This document shows positions 9,958 through 19,914 of a DNA stretch of 64,000 nucleotides, piece by piece. Every line of letters begins with the position of its first letter. Within the stretch, counting starts at the first letter, position 1. The notes under the pieces were generated by a model, which had not been told where the DNA came from, did not search any database, and worked only from the letters and a program-made list of their open reading frames with translations. The DNA is from a candidate division FCPU426 bacterium (GTDB taxonomy: Bacteria > Oederibacteriota > PGYV01 > Palsa-1178), in the NCBI GenBank assembly GCA_963840035.1, contig CAWIXE010000003.1, forward strand, positions 256,001-320,000. Direction: 5' to 3'. The translations under genes and the position numbers were made by a program.

Positions 9958-12767
9958 ATGGGCATTAATGTGCATTTAAAAAAAACAACAGGACTTTTCT
10001 TGCTGATGCTTATTTTTGTACTTCCGGGTAACCTTCTTTTTGCCGAAGGTAAAATCATGAACGTCACCATGTCGCCTTCCACGCCGAACTTCGGGGATCC
10101 TGTCACGATAGATTTTGATTACTGCAATAATTCGTCCATATCGGCGGGCAGGCTGCTTATCGCTTTCAGCACCTTTGCGACTTTAAAGCCTTCACAGACA
10201 GTGGGGCAGGTATTTGTCGTCAGCAGCGCGGGCATAAATGTACCGACCATAGGCCCGGCTTCCGGCACGGAGTTTAATTACGCGCTTCCCGCGCCTGCTG
10301 GGTCTGCGTGCACTGATTGCTCCAGCGGCGCGGGTGTAATGAAGCATTACACCATGACGGTAAATGTCCCGAACGGGAACATGTTTCCCGGCTGCAATAA
10401 CACAAGCCTTAGCCTTTTTATCGGCGAAAAGGACTATTACATGGACGGGGCGACCTGGGCCGGCCTTGACGCGTGTCATTCCACAAAATTATCCTGGACC
10501 ATAGGGGTCCCGGCAAAACAATTTTCCATACATAAAAGAGCGCAGGGTGTAATCAGCAATGTTGGAGACCTGATACTTTATTCCATAGATTTTACTTACG
10601 GCAACGGAGACCTAGTCATCACCGACCCGCTGCCGCCGAATCTAAAGGTAGTGTCGGTGGGGCCGGGGGCTATTTCAACAGGTATCGGAGCGGGCGCCAC
10701 TACGGGTACGCTAACCTGGGTGCTGCCGCCAAAAGCAGGGGACCCGGGAATATCATCAGGGACAGTCTGGTTCCTCTGCCAGATGAATATTACGCCCACT
10801 GCCGGGGATGTTATTACAAATATCGCGACCGGGTCAATGGCGGGGATGCCTGACCAGTCATCGCCGGTAGCAAGCAAGGTCGGAGAAGTTACTATGTCGG
10901 TAAAGAAGTCCTTCGGCCCGCCCGGAGCAACTAAGAATCTGAATGACATCATTACATACTACCTGGACTACCAGGTGAGCGGATCCAAGCTCGGAGCGTA
11001 CGAGTCATTTGACCAGATGCCGCTCGGAGCGTCGTATTCAAACGCCAGCGCGCCGCCCGGGTGGAAATTCATGCCGTTTGGGGCAAACACGGGCGTGTGG
11101 AATGTGATGAACCCGTGCGACACCGGAGATAATTACATACAGGCAAATCCCGGAGGGTCGGGGCAATATCCGGCATTGCTATTAAACTCGGCAAACCCGA
11201 ATTTCTGCACCGGAGAAATATACGTGGATACCGAGATTGAAGGTTCTTATAACGGCGCGGACTCGCAGATAATTGTCCGCAACAACGGCAAGGCAGGCAC
11301 TGCGAATCGTTCAATAGGGCTGGTCATTTCAAATGACGCGACACCGGCATATCTTACTTTTCAGCTATATGACGGCAGCTCACCCAGCTATCCCGGCACA
11401 AAATACGGAAGTGTGATCCTTCAGCTGAATAAATGGTACAGCGTCAATATAAAGGTTTCACTGGTAAACGGCAATAATGATTACTTATACCAGGCAAAGG
11501 TGTGGCCTAAAGGCGACTCCATACCCAACGCGTGGATGGCTGAATATACCCAGACAAACGGCGCAAATGACAATGTATGGAGGTGCGACGGCCTCGGCAG
11601 TTCCACTGATTGGCGTCCGGGTTTTAATGAACAGGGCGGGGACGGCACGGTTCAGGATTCGTTTGATAACTTTGTTGTTTTAAATCCTTATACTAATGCC
11701 AATACGGTATTATATGACACTCTGCCCGCGGGCATAACATTTACCGGGCCGCTGAGCGGCCCTGCCACAACCAGCCCCATGGTTTCATGGAACCTGGGCC
11801 CCATATCGGACCAGAGCGGTTCATACACTTGGTGGGGGCAAATTACTTCGGCTTGCGGCGCTATCACAAATATCTCCGCAATGAGCGGCAGCGGCGGCGC
11901 CCCGTATTTTCAAATGAAAGCGTTATAAATGTAAGCTGCGGCTCGCCGACAAATACCCCGACTAAAACAAGTTCGCCGACCTTTACATATACCCCTTCCA
12001 TCACCATTACCAGCACGCCTCCGCCAACCGCTACTTCCACGGGGACATATACCGTGACGATGACCCCGACTTGCACGCCGACGCCCAGGCCGGCGGAGAT
12101 AAGCGTCATGCTTTTGCCCGCGGATAACGGCTGCGTTTCCGGAGGCGAAGTGGAATTCACTGTAACAATACTTAATATAGGGGCGCAGGCGATAAACGGG
12201 CTGTTAAGTCAGGTTGTGCCTGCGGACACCGCGTTTGATACTTCGCTTTCCGCAAATAGCGGCTGGACATCGTCAACGCCAGGGACCATGATCCCGGCTG
12301 GAAGCGTTATCACAAGGGCAATCGGAACAATAAATCCCGGCCTGCCGCTGATATGCAGATTTACTTTAAAGACCGCGGACAGCCTGCCCTCGGGGACGGT
12401 TATCCCTGTTGTCATGTCGACGCTTGTGTATGACGATTATCCGCCGTTTGCCGCGGGCAATATAGAATCAAGCCAGCCTGCCCAGATAACCATAGGCGAG
12501 ATGGCCATATACCCCAACCCTTTCAACCCGAAAAAAGCCGTGGATGGGGTGCTGAAATTTGCAAACATGCCGAGGAATGCGGTGATTTCCATATACACGC
12601 TCAACGGTGAGCTTGTCCTTAATTTTTTCGTCAATCAGTCAAAAGTATTATGGAACGGCAAGAACGCGGAAGGAAAATGGGCATCGGCGGGGATATATTA
12701 TTACATCATAAAATATAATGACTTAAAATCCGTTATAACGGGGAAGATATACCTTGTTAACAACTAA
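9958..12767 (+). pseudogene. Large secreted DUF11/Ig + lectin-like + Thr/Pro linker + T9SS-like C-terminal domain protein, split by a frameshift at about 11900
   Basis: ORFs 9958-11928 and 11787-12767 join into one protein collinear with paralog 13177-16470 if one C is added to the CCCC at 11900-11903; C-terminus IYPNPFNP...GIYYY...GKIYLVN. Confidence 0.8.
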
Positions 12768-12815
12768 TTGACAATTAAAACGAAATTATTATAATAAGCG
12801 GATGTGATTACAGTT

Positions 12816-12968
12816 TGTCATTGCGAGGAACAGTTTTGATTTACTGCGACGAAGCAATCTCGTTTCAGCCCTGTAATACAGCAAGATTGCCATTCGACAG
12901 GCTCACGGTCCTTAGCGAAGTCGAAGGACTTCGTCGGCATATGACAAATGCGCCTCCTCGCAATGACA
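12816..12968. repeat. TGTCATTGCGAG...CTCGCAATGACA palindromic miniature element with a 39-bp nested insert
   Basis: Terminal IR TGTCATTGCGAGGA/TCCTCGCAATGACA; internal GAAGCAATC; insert at 12891-12929. Confidence 0.85.
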
Positions 12969-13176
12969 GGTATTATAAACTGAACTAATCATATTAAAAT
13001 GTAATAAACAACAATACCTTTATAAACCCAAAAAGACCTTTTTATATTTTTACTAAAGCGCTTTCTTAAAATTGTAAAAAAGCATCAATAATACAATAAA
13101 AACGGCTACTTTTTGTATATTGCTTTATCCCGGGTTTTGTTTATACTGGTTTCAGGCAAGAGGGATCTATAGGGAT

Positions 13177-16100
13177 GTGCTTAATTTGAATAAAAAACCT
13201 TTGTTTCTTACAGCTGCTGTAATTATCGCCACGCTAATGGCATACGGTACTATTTTTGCCGCTATCACTTCAGTTTCCAATGTCGCCATATCACCCGCAC
13301 AGCCTAATCCCGGAGATACTGTTACTATAACCTGGGACTGGATGGGAAGTTCGTCTATTGCCGGCGCAAATGTGAAAATGATCGCTGCCGTATCAACGCA
13401 GTGCCAGCTCAGGTCCGCGGTTACAACGGGGCAGTATATCGTGATAGGCGACGCGTGTGTTAAACCTGCCAATCCCGCGGCTGCAGAGGTAAACGGCCCG
13501 GGCTGCCCGCTGACCGGTACTTATTCAGATGTAACCGTGACGCACAAATCCGTTGAAAGCGGAGTTTATACTTTTAAGTTGCCCGCCGACGCGGTTCCAG
13601 GGCAGACCTATTACGCCATTATATCGATGAATGAATATAACCTGTATCTGCGTTCTTATGACGTCCCCACAACAACAAGCCATCCGCAGGCCTGCGTCGG
13701 TTTTCAGGTGCCGCTTACAGCACCTTACATACGCCTTTCCAAATCAGCGGAAGGCACGACCGCAAGCGTGGGAACTACTGTGCTTTTTACAATCAGTTAT
13801 GACGCCGGCAATGTCCATAATTTTCAGATTACAGACGTGGTGGACCCCAGATTCACCATAGACACGGTTTATGGAGGAAGTAAAACAGGGCAGACAATAA
13901 CCTGGAATACATTCCCGGCGTTTATCGGGTCCCCGCAAAAAGGTTCGGTGTCATTCCTCGCGCACGTGAATTCCGGGAGCATCGGGGATAATATCCCCAA
14001 TGCAGCCACAGGCACATCCACTGAAACAACAGGCACAGGCTCGGTCAGCGTTGCCATCGGCAAGCCCGGCCTTACAATATCTAAAAGCGTTTCATCTTCG
14101 GTAGTGAACCCCGGGGACACAATAACTTACACAATGCAATATAACAACCAGGGGACAACCATGGTTGAGTTTAAAAATTTTGACGACGGCTTGACCACAG
14201 GCTGGGTTTCGTCAGGAGGCGGGTCTGTCTGGGATGCGTCTGACGGCACTTTGCGGCAGACCTCTTCTGCCGCGACATACGCAAGTTTCATGGACAACAA
14301 TATAGCGCCGCTTCACGACGGAATATACCAGCTTGACATACTCATACCGTCAACTAACACTGCCCACTGGGACGGTGTTTTTCATTTTATCCAGGTGGAC
14401 GGCAATAATTTTTATATGGCAAGGATAAACGCATCCGATAATAAACTTTATCTTGATTCCGTGGTAGCGGGGGTACAAAACATCGGGGGAATCAGTTTGC
14501 CAAACCCTCACGGCCTGGATATAAGGCAGGATATATGGTACACCCTGAAAATACAGGTGTGCGGTTCTTCAATAATGATGAAAGTGTGGCCGCGGAGCGA
14601 AACAGAATACCCGGTATGGGACCTGTCAATAACAGACAACAAAATAACGGGGAACGGAATAGTGGGGTTCCAGTCGAACGAAGGCCCGCAGCAGTATGAC
14701 AACTTAAAAGTATTCAGTTTATCATCTTCCACAAACCCGAGAATTTTTGATTCGGTGCCGGCTAATATAACTTACATCGACTGCGCAGGCGGGTCAGGGT
14801 GTTCAAAACCCGGCAATGTGGTTAACTGGACTGTGGGAACTACCTGTGCGGGGCAGCAGGCTGTTTCGTGGCGAGGGTATGTAAACCCGGCCACGGCGTG
14901 CGGAATTACCATCACAAACACCGCGGGCATTGATTCGGATGACTCACCGCCGCCGGTGATGTCTGACCCGGTATTTATAAATGTGGCTGCGTGCGTGACA
15001 ACCCCGACTAACACGCCAAGCGCGACAGCAACGTTCACCGCGACTAAAACAGCCACTTTGACATTCACCAGGACTGTGACAGTTACAGGCACTCCCACTT
15101 ACACAGCGACTTCTTCAAGTACTGTTACCCTGACAAATACAATTGCCATTACAAACACATTCACGCCTACTTCCACGCCGACTTCAACAAAGACTTTCAC
15201 CCCGACGCTTTCATACACAGGTACGCCGCAGAATACTGCTACAAACACGCAGACTCCAACGCCTACAGCGACAGCGACGGGAACGCCGTCATCAACGCCA
15301 TCCAGGACCGCGACTTTAACGCGCACAAATACTTCAACGCCTTCATATACGGCCACGGGAACACTAACGTCCACAGAAACGCCGAGCATGGTGCCTACTG
15401 ACACGGTTTCTTCAAACACGCCGACAGCGACAAAAACTTATTCTTCAACGCCGACCGTAACATCCACGCGCACAAATACCGGTACGCCGACCTCCACGCG
15501 CACAGCCACGGCCACGCTCACTGATTCTCCGGTAGCTTCGGCTACCGACTCTCCAACAATAACCTCCACATATACAGCGACACCGACCGCGACAGCGACT
15601 CCGACTATAACGGTTTCGCCTTTGGGCACGCTGACAAATTCTCCGACAAGGACAGTTACGGCAACACCGACTTTAACGCTCACGGCTACAGGCACCGCAA
15701 CTGCCACACCGTCATATACGGAAACGCACACGCGCACCATGACGCCGTATCCGACATCGACTTCGACACCATCGCTTACCCCGACACCTTTCCCCGCAAA
15801 TGTCACGGTGTTGCTCGGCCCTGCTGACGCCGGTTCACCGGCCGGAGGAACAATTGTTTTTACCGCGGTTATTACAAACACCGGCGCAGCCGCAACAAAC
15901 GGGCTGATTACATTTGTACTGCCAGCGGAAACAACTCTGGATTTGACGCTTGCCGGAAATTCCGGGTGGTCATCTGTTACGCCGGGGAGCCTATTGCCGG
16001 CGGGCAGTATAATAACAAGGCCGGCGGCGACCATAAGCGCGGGAAGTCCCATGACTTATACGCTGACCATAAAGATAGCGGATACAGCAGTGTCAGGAAC

Positions 16101-16470
16101 GGTCATCCCGGTTAGCGCAATGATACTCACATATGACGACCTTCCTCCGTTTTCCGCCGGTAATTTTGCGCAAAGCCAGCCGGCGCAGATACGGATTGGC
16201 GAGATGGCAGTATACCCGAACCCGTTTAATCCCAAGAAAGCTGTCGGAGGTGTAATGAAGTTCGGCAATATGCCGCTCAGGTCATCCATATCTATTTATA
16301 CCTTAAATGGCGAGCTGGTCCTTAATTTTTACGCCAGGGAGTCAAGGGTGACGTGGGACGGCAGGAATGCTGAACGCAGGTGGGTTTCACCCGGGGTTTA
16401 TTATTACATTATAAGATATAATGAATCAAAATCCATAGCGACGGGGAAGATATACCTTGTTAACGACTAA
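13177..16470 (+). CDS. Large secreted Ig/DUF11 + ConA-like protein with long Ser/Thr mucin-like stalk and T9SS-like C-terminal domain
   Basis: Signal peptide; DUF11-like LSKSAEG and ISKSVSS...PGDTITY; about 265-aa T/S/P tract; VYPNPFNP...PGVYYY...GKIYLVND. Start codon uncertain. Confidence 0.85.
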   Translation: MLNLNKKPLFLTAAVIIATLMAYGTIFAAITSVSNVAISPAQPNPGDTVTITWDWMGSSSIAGANVKMIAAVSTQCQLRSAVTTGQYIVIGDACVKPANPAAAEVNGPGCPLTGTYSDVTVTHKSVESGVYTFKLPADAVPGQTYYAIISMNEYNLYLRSYDVPTTTSHPQACVGFQVPLTAPYIRLSKSAEGTTASVGTTVLFTISYDAGNVHNFQITDVVDPRFTIDTVYGGSKTGQTITWNTFPAFIGSPQKGSVSFLAHVNSGSIGDNIPNAATGTSTETTGTGSVSVAIGKPGLTISKSVSSSVVNPGDTITYTMQYNNQGTTMVEFKNFDDGLTTGWVSSGGGSVWDASDGTLRQTSSAATYASFMDNNIAPLHDGIYQLDILIPSTNTAHWDGVFHFIQVDGNNFYMARINASDNKLYLDSVVAGVQNIGGISLPNPHGLDIRQDIWYTLKIQVCGSSIMMKVWPRSETEYPVWDLSITDNKITGNGIVGFQSNEGPQQYDNLKVFSLSSSTNPRIFDSVPANITYIDCAGGSGCSKPGNVVNWTVGTTCAGQQAVSWRGYVNPATACGITITNTAGIDSDDSPPPVMSDPVFINVAACVTTPTNTPSATATFTATKTATLTFTRTVTVTGTPTYTATSSSTVTLTNTIAITNTFTPTSTPTSTKTFTPTLSYTGTPQNTATNTQTPTPTATATGTPSSTPSRTATLTRTNTSTPSYTATGTLTSTETPSMVPTDTVSSNTPTATKTYSSTPTVTSTRTNTGTPTSTRTATATLTDSPVASATDSPTITSTYTATPTATATPTITVSPLGTLTNSPTRTVTATPTLTLTATGTATATPSYTETHTRTMTPYPTSTSTPSLTPTPFPANVTVLLGPADAGSPAGGTIVFTAVITNTGAAATNGLITFVLPAETTLDLTLAGNSGWSSVTPGSLLPAGSIITRPAATISAGSPMTYTLTIKIADTAVSGTVIPVSAMILTYDDLPPFSAGNFAQSQPAQIRIGEMAVYPNPFNPKKAVGGVMKFGNMPLRSSISIYTLNGELVLNFYARESRVTWDGRNAERRWVSPGVYYYIIRYNESKSIATGKIYLVND

Positions 16471-16525
16471 TTGACAATGGACAATTTGTCAATTGACAAT
16501 AAAATGCGTTACAAACCAAATGATG

Positions 16526-16734
16526 CTGTCGGGAAATCCGGATTTTAATACGATTTTTGACTCTGTCGTGTGATGTCATTGCGAGGAGCGAGTTTCTCAG
16601 CGACGAAGCAATCTCTGCACTTTTGTGGAAACGTCCGTACAAAAAGGCTTATCAATGGAACTGAGATTGCTTCGTCGCCATGAACCCAAAACGGCTCCTC
16701 GCAATGACAATCTAATCAAAGACTTTTCTGACAG
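16526..16734. repeat. TGTCATTGCGAG palindromic element (16574-16709) inside an outer imperfect IR (CTGTCGGGAAA/TTTTCTGACAG)
   Basis: Same family as 12816, 47032 and 52323; outer IR visible at 16526 and 16724-16734. Confidence 0.75.
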
Positions 16735-16808
16735 TCTCCAAATTAACCTTTAAACTAATAATCCCATGTGTTATACTCATATAATCTAAATATCAGGAGT
16801 GTCCAAAA

Positions 16809-18110
16809 ATGCGCGCAGGAATTATTGGTGGAGGTATTGCCGGGTTAACGGCGGCTTTAAGGCTGCTGAAAGCCGGTCATAAGGCGGAAGTTTTTGAAGC
16901 GGCCGAGCAGTTAGGCGGTTTGGCCAGGGCTTTTGATTTCGCCGGGGAAAAACTCGACATATTCTACAGGCATATTTTTTCCAGCGATATTGATGTCATA
17001 AACCTCATAGAAGAACTTGGGTTAAAAAACGAACTTTTATGGCTTGAGTCAAAGATGGGATTCTATTATAAAGGTACGGCTTACCCTTTCTCAAAACCCA
17101 TGGACATCCTTTTTAAGTTCAAGGCTCTTTCATTTATTGACAGGGTAAGACTGGGTTTAATGACAGTGTACCTGACAAAGGTAAATAACTGGAAGAAATA
17201 TGAAAAGATCACGGCAAAAGAATGGGTTATAAAATACGCCGGGCAAAAAGTATATGACGTTGTGTGGGGCCCGTTAATGGAGCAGAAGTTCGCGGAAAAA
17301 GCGGGCGACATCGCCATGACCTGGCTCTATGGCAGGATACATTCCAGGATAGTATCGCGCAAGGGCGCGGGAATGAAAGAGTACCTGGGTTATTTAAAGG
17401 GAAGCTACCAGAAGATGATAGACGCGCTTGAGGCGGAAATAGTAAAACTCGGCGGCGTCATTCATAAATGCGCGCCGGTATCCAAAGTAATTATTAAGGA
17501 TGGAAGGGCAACCGGGGTTATGGTCCATGGCAAGGAAATTGGATTTGATACGGTAGTCGCGACTCCGGCGCCGGACCTGCTTAAGAAAATAGTTGATTTT
17601 AGAAATCCGGCGTATGAAGCGCGTTTTGAAAAGCTGCACTATATAGGCGCCATGGATATGGTCCTGCGCATGAAAAAATCCTTAAGCCCTGTCTACTGGC
17701 TTAATGTGGCTGATAAAGACAGCCCGTTTGTGTGCGTGGTCGAGCATACAAACTTCGTGCCAAAAGAGTGGTACGGCGGGGATACGATAGTTTACATAGG
17801 CAAGTATATTTCCCCGGACGCGGAACTTTATAAGGCGGATAATGAAACTGTCAAAAAAAGGTTTTTCAGCCACTTAAAGAACATATACCCTTCATTTGAT
17901 GAAAAAGATGTGATAGAATGGAAAATGTTCAGGGAGCCCTTTTCCCAGCCCGTGGTGACAAAGGAATTTTCAAAGACGAAATTAGATTATAAGTCCCCGG
18001 TTGACGGGCTTTATCTGGCAAACATGTCCATGATATACCCGGAAGACAGGGGAATGAGTTACAGTGTGAGGCTGGGGAATGAAGTGGTGAAGGAAGTTTT
18101 AAAGGGTTAA
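16809..18110 (+). CDS. FAD-dependent oxidoreductase (amine oxidase/protoporphyrinogen-oxidase-like fold)
   Basis: N-terminal GGGIAG...VFEA...LGGLA FAD-binding motif; C-terminal YPEDRGM. Confidence 0.85.
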   Translation: MRAGIIGGGIAGLTAALRLLKAGHKAEVFEAAEQLGGLARAFDFAGEKLDIFYRHIFSSDIDVINLIEELGLKNELLWLESKMGFYYKGTAYPFSKPMDILFKFKALSFIDRVRLGLMTVYLTKVNNWKKYEKITAKEWVIKYAGQKVYDVVWGPLMEQKFAEKAGDIAMTWLYGRIHSRIVSRKGAGMKEYLGYLKGSYQKMIDALEAEIVKLGGVIHKCAPVSKVIIKDGRATGVMVHGKEIGFDTVVATPAPDLLKKIVDFRNPAYEARFEKLHYIGAMDMVLRMKKSLSPVYWLNVADKDSPFVCVVEHTNFVPKEWYGGDTIVYIGKYISPDAELYKADNETVKKRFFSHLKNIYPSFDEKDVIEWKMFREPFSQPVVTKEFSKTKLDYKSPVDGLYLANMSMIYPEDRGMSYSVRLGNEVVKEVLKG

Positions 18111-18222
18111 GTATAAGGATAAGGTTTTCCTTAACCCTTACCCTTAATTCTTATCCTTAGCCAGTAGCCTTTGTACTTGAGGGCTAAAGGCTGAGGATAA
18201 GGGTTAAGTATAAGGCTAAGGT
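18105..18222. repeat. 6-bp (TAAGGN/NCCTTA) tandem blocks in inverted arrangement
   Basis: gggttaagtataaggataagg / ccttaacccttacccttaattcttatcctta / gaggataagggttaagtataaggctaagg; related block at 49794-49817. Confidence 0.7.
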
Positions 18223-18263
18223 AAAACAAGCAAGCTGCGCAAAATATACGGAGGTTGTTGATA

Positions 18264-18968
18264 ATGAACATTTCGGCTTTTTTTCCTGCTTATAATGAGG
18301 AAGGCAACATCGTAAAGCTCGCGGAAAAGACTTCGAAGGTGTTGTCGGAGATTTGCGCGGATTACGAGGTTATCATTGTAAATGACGGGTCTAAGGACAA
18401 CACGGCCGCTGTTTCAGCAGAGCTTGCAAAGCGCGATAAGCACGTTAGGGTCATCAACCATGAGAAGAACCGCGGCTACGGCGGAGCTGTAAAGACCGGA
18501 TTAAACAGCGCGAAGTTTGAATGGGTGTTTTTTACCGACGGCGACGGGCAGTTTGACGTAAATGAAATAAAGGAACTGGCCAAACTTACGGATAAATATG
18601 ACTTCATAAACGGGTTCAGGATAAAGAGGGCTGATCCGTTCCATAGAAAATTAAATGCCTTCATGTGGGGCACCATGGTTAAGCTGCTTTTCAGGTTTAA
18701 GGTCAAGGATGTGGACTGCGCCTTTAAGCTTATGAAAAAAGAGATCATAGACAGGGCGCAGATGGAATCCGAAGGGGCCCTCTCGTCCACGGAACTGCTT
18801 GCAAAGGCGACAAAGATGGGCTATAAGATAGGAGAGATAGGCGTGCACCACTACCCGCGCACAGCGGGCACACAGACCGGCGCGAAGTTAAAAGTAATTA
18901 TAAAAGCGTTTGTGGAGCTTTTCAAGCTCTACGGAAAGATACAAAAATGGGGAAACGTTACAAAATAA
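18264..18968 (+). CDS. GT2 glycosyltransferase (polyprenol-phosphate sugar synthase-like)
   Basis: FFPAYNEE, VNDGSKD, NRGYGGA, FTDGDGQFD and DVDCAFKL motifs. Confidence 0.9.
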   Translation: MNISAFFPAYNEEGNIVKLAEKTSKVLSEICADYEVIIVNDGSKDNTAAVSAELAKRDKHVRVINHEKNRGYGGAVKTGLNSAKFEWVFFTDGDGQFDVNEIKELAKLTDKYDFINGFRIKRADPFHRKLNAFMWGTMVKLLFRFKVKDVDCAFKLMKKEIIDRAQMESEGALSSTELLAKATKMGYKIGEIGVHHYPRTAGTQTGAKLKVIIKAFVELFKLYGKIQKWGNVTK

Positions 18969-19912
18969 TCCTGGCGCTGTTGCTGCCTGCGGCCTTAATG
19001 GCGGGCGGGACAACTGGCGCGGACATACTGAAATTTGAACCGGGCGGAAGGGCTTCGGGCTTGGGCGGCGCTTACGCGGCCTGCGGCAATGACGTCGAAT
19101 CCATTAACTACAATCCGGCTGGCCTGTCATCGGTTACGCTCAAGGAATTTCACGCCACGCATACCTGGTCATACGGCAGCGTTATGGCGGAGCAGTTCTC
19201 ATATGCCCAGCCCATGGATACCGCTTTCATAGAAGGCTGCGCCGGCATTTCCGGGATTTACAGGTACATGCCTGACATAGCAAATCCGGACGCCACGGAT
19301 GAGCCTGTCAAATACTATGACTTCCTTGTCAAAGCCACATACGCATCCAACTTCGCTAAGATGAATGTCCTGCGCGAGGACTGGGCAAAATACATAAACG
19401 TAGGCGCGTCGCTCGGGCTTGTCATGGAGCAGATAGCCTCCTACAGCGGCTCCACCATAATCCTGGACCTGGGGGCGCAGTTTAACTTCTTTGATACAGG
19501 CTTAAAGTTCGGGGCGGCCATAAATAACGCGGGTTTAAACATCACCCACTCCGGCCCTGATGGCGCGTCGCCTGTGCCGCTTATAGTAAGGGCGGGCGCT
19601 TCATATAATTTCAAGATTGACAATGATAACACAATGACCGCCGTATTTGAATACATACAGAATATATATGACAATCCGCGCCTGGCAATTGGTTTCGAGG
19701 ATGTGGTCATGAACCTGATCTCCTTAAGGGCCGGATATAACACGAGCGTGGACACCCGCGACGCGGCATTTCTTTCGGCAGGCGCGGGCATCATGGTAAA
19801 CCAGCCGGGGCTTTTTAACGTTGTCATAAACTACACATACAGGCCCGCCATATGGGGCGGTTTTAATAACGTTGAGCACACACACTTAGTCTCGCTGCAG
19901 GTTAAGATATAA
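18947..19912 (+). CDS. PorV/PorQ-like outer-membrane beta-barrel
   Basis: LKFEPGGRASGLGGAY...YNPAGL N-terminus; beta-strand pattern; terminal HLVSLQVKI. Confidence 0.8.
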   Translation: MGKRYKIILALLLPAALMAGGTTGADILKFEPGGRASGLGGAYAACGNDVESINYNPAGLSSVTLKEFHATHTWSYGSVMAEQFSYAQPMDTAFIEGCAGISGIYRYMPDIANPDATDEPVKYYDFLVKATYASNFAKMNVLREDWAKYINVGASLGLVMEQIASYSGSTIILDLGAQFNFFDTGLKFGAAINNAGLNITHSGPDGASPVPLIVRAGASYNFKIDNDNTMTAVFEYIQNIYDNPRLAIGFEDVVMNLISLRAGYNTSVDTRDAAFLSAGAGIMVNQPGLFNVVINYTYRPAIWGGFNNVEHTHLVSLQVKI

Positions 19913-19914
19913 AA

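Noticed and set aside
12480..12775. Similarity between the 3' ends of the two cargo genes as a DGR template/variable pair
   Set aside because: Differences are not confined to adenines; explained by paralogous C-terminal domains.
14990..15800. Possible DGR or DNA-level repeat in the Thr-rich tract
   Set aside because: Codons are heterogeneous (protein-level low complexity); no reverse transcriptase and no adenine-specific TR/VR pair seen.
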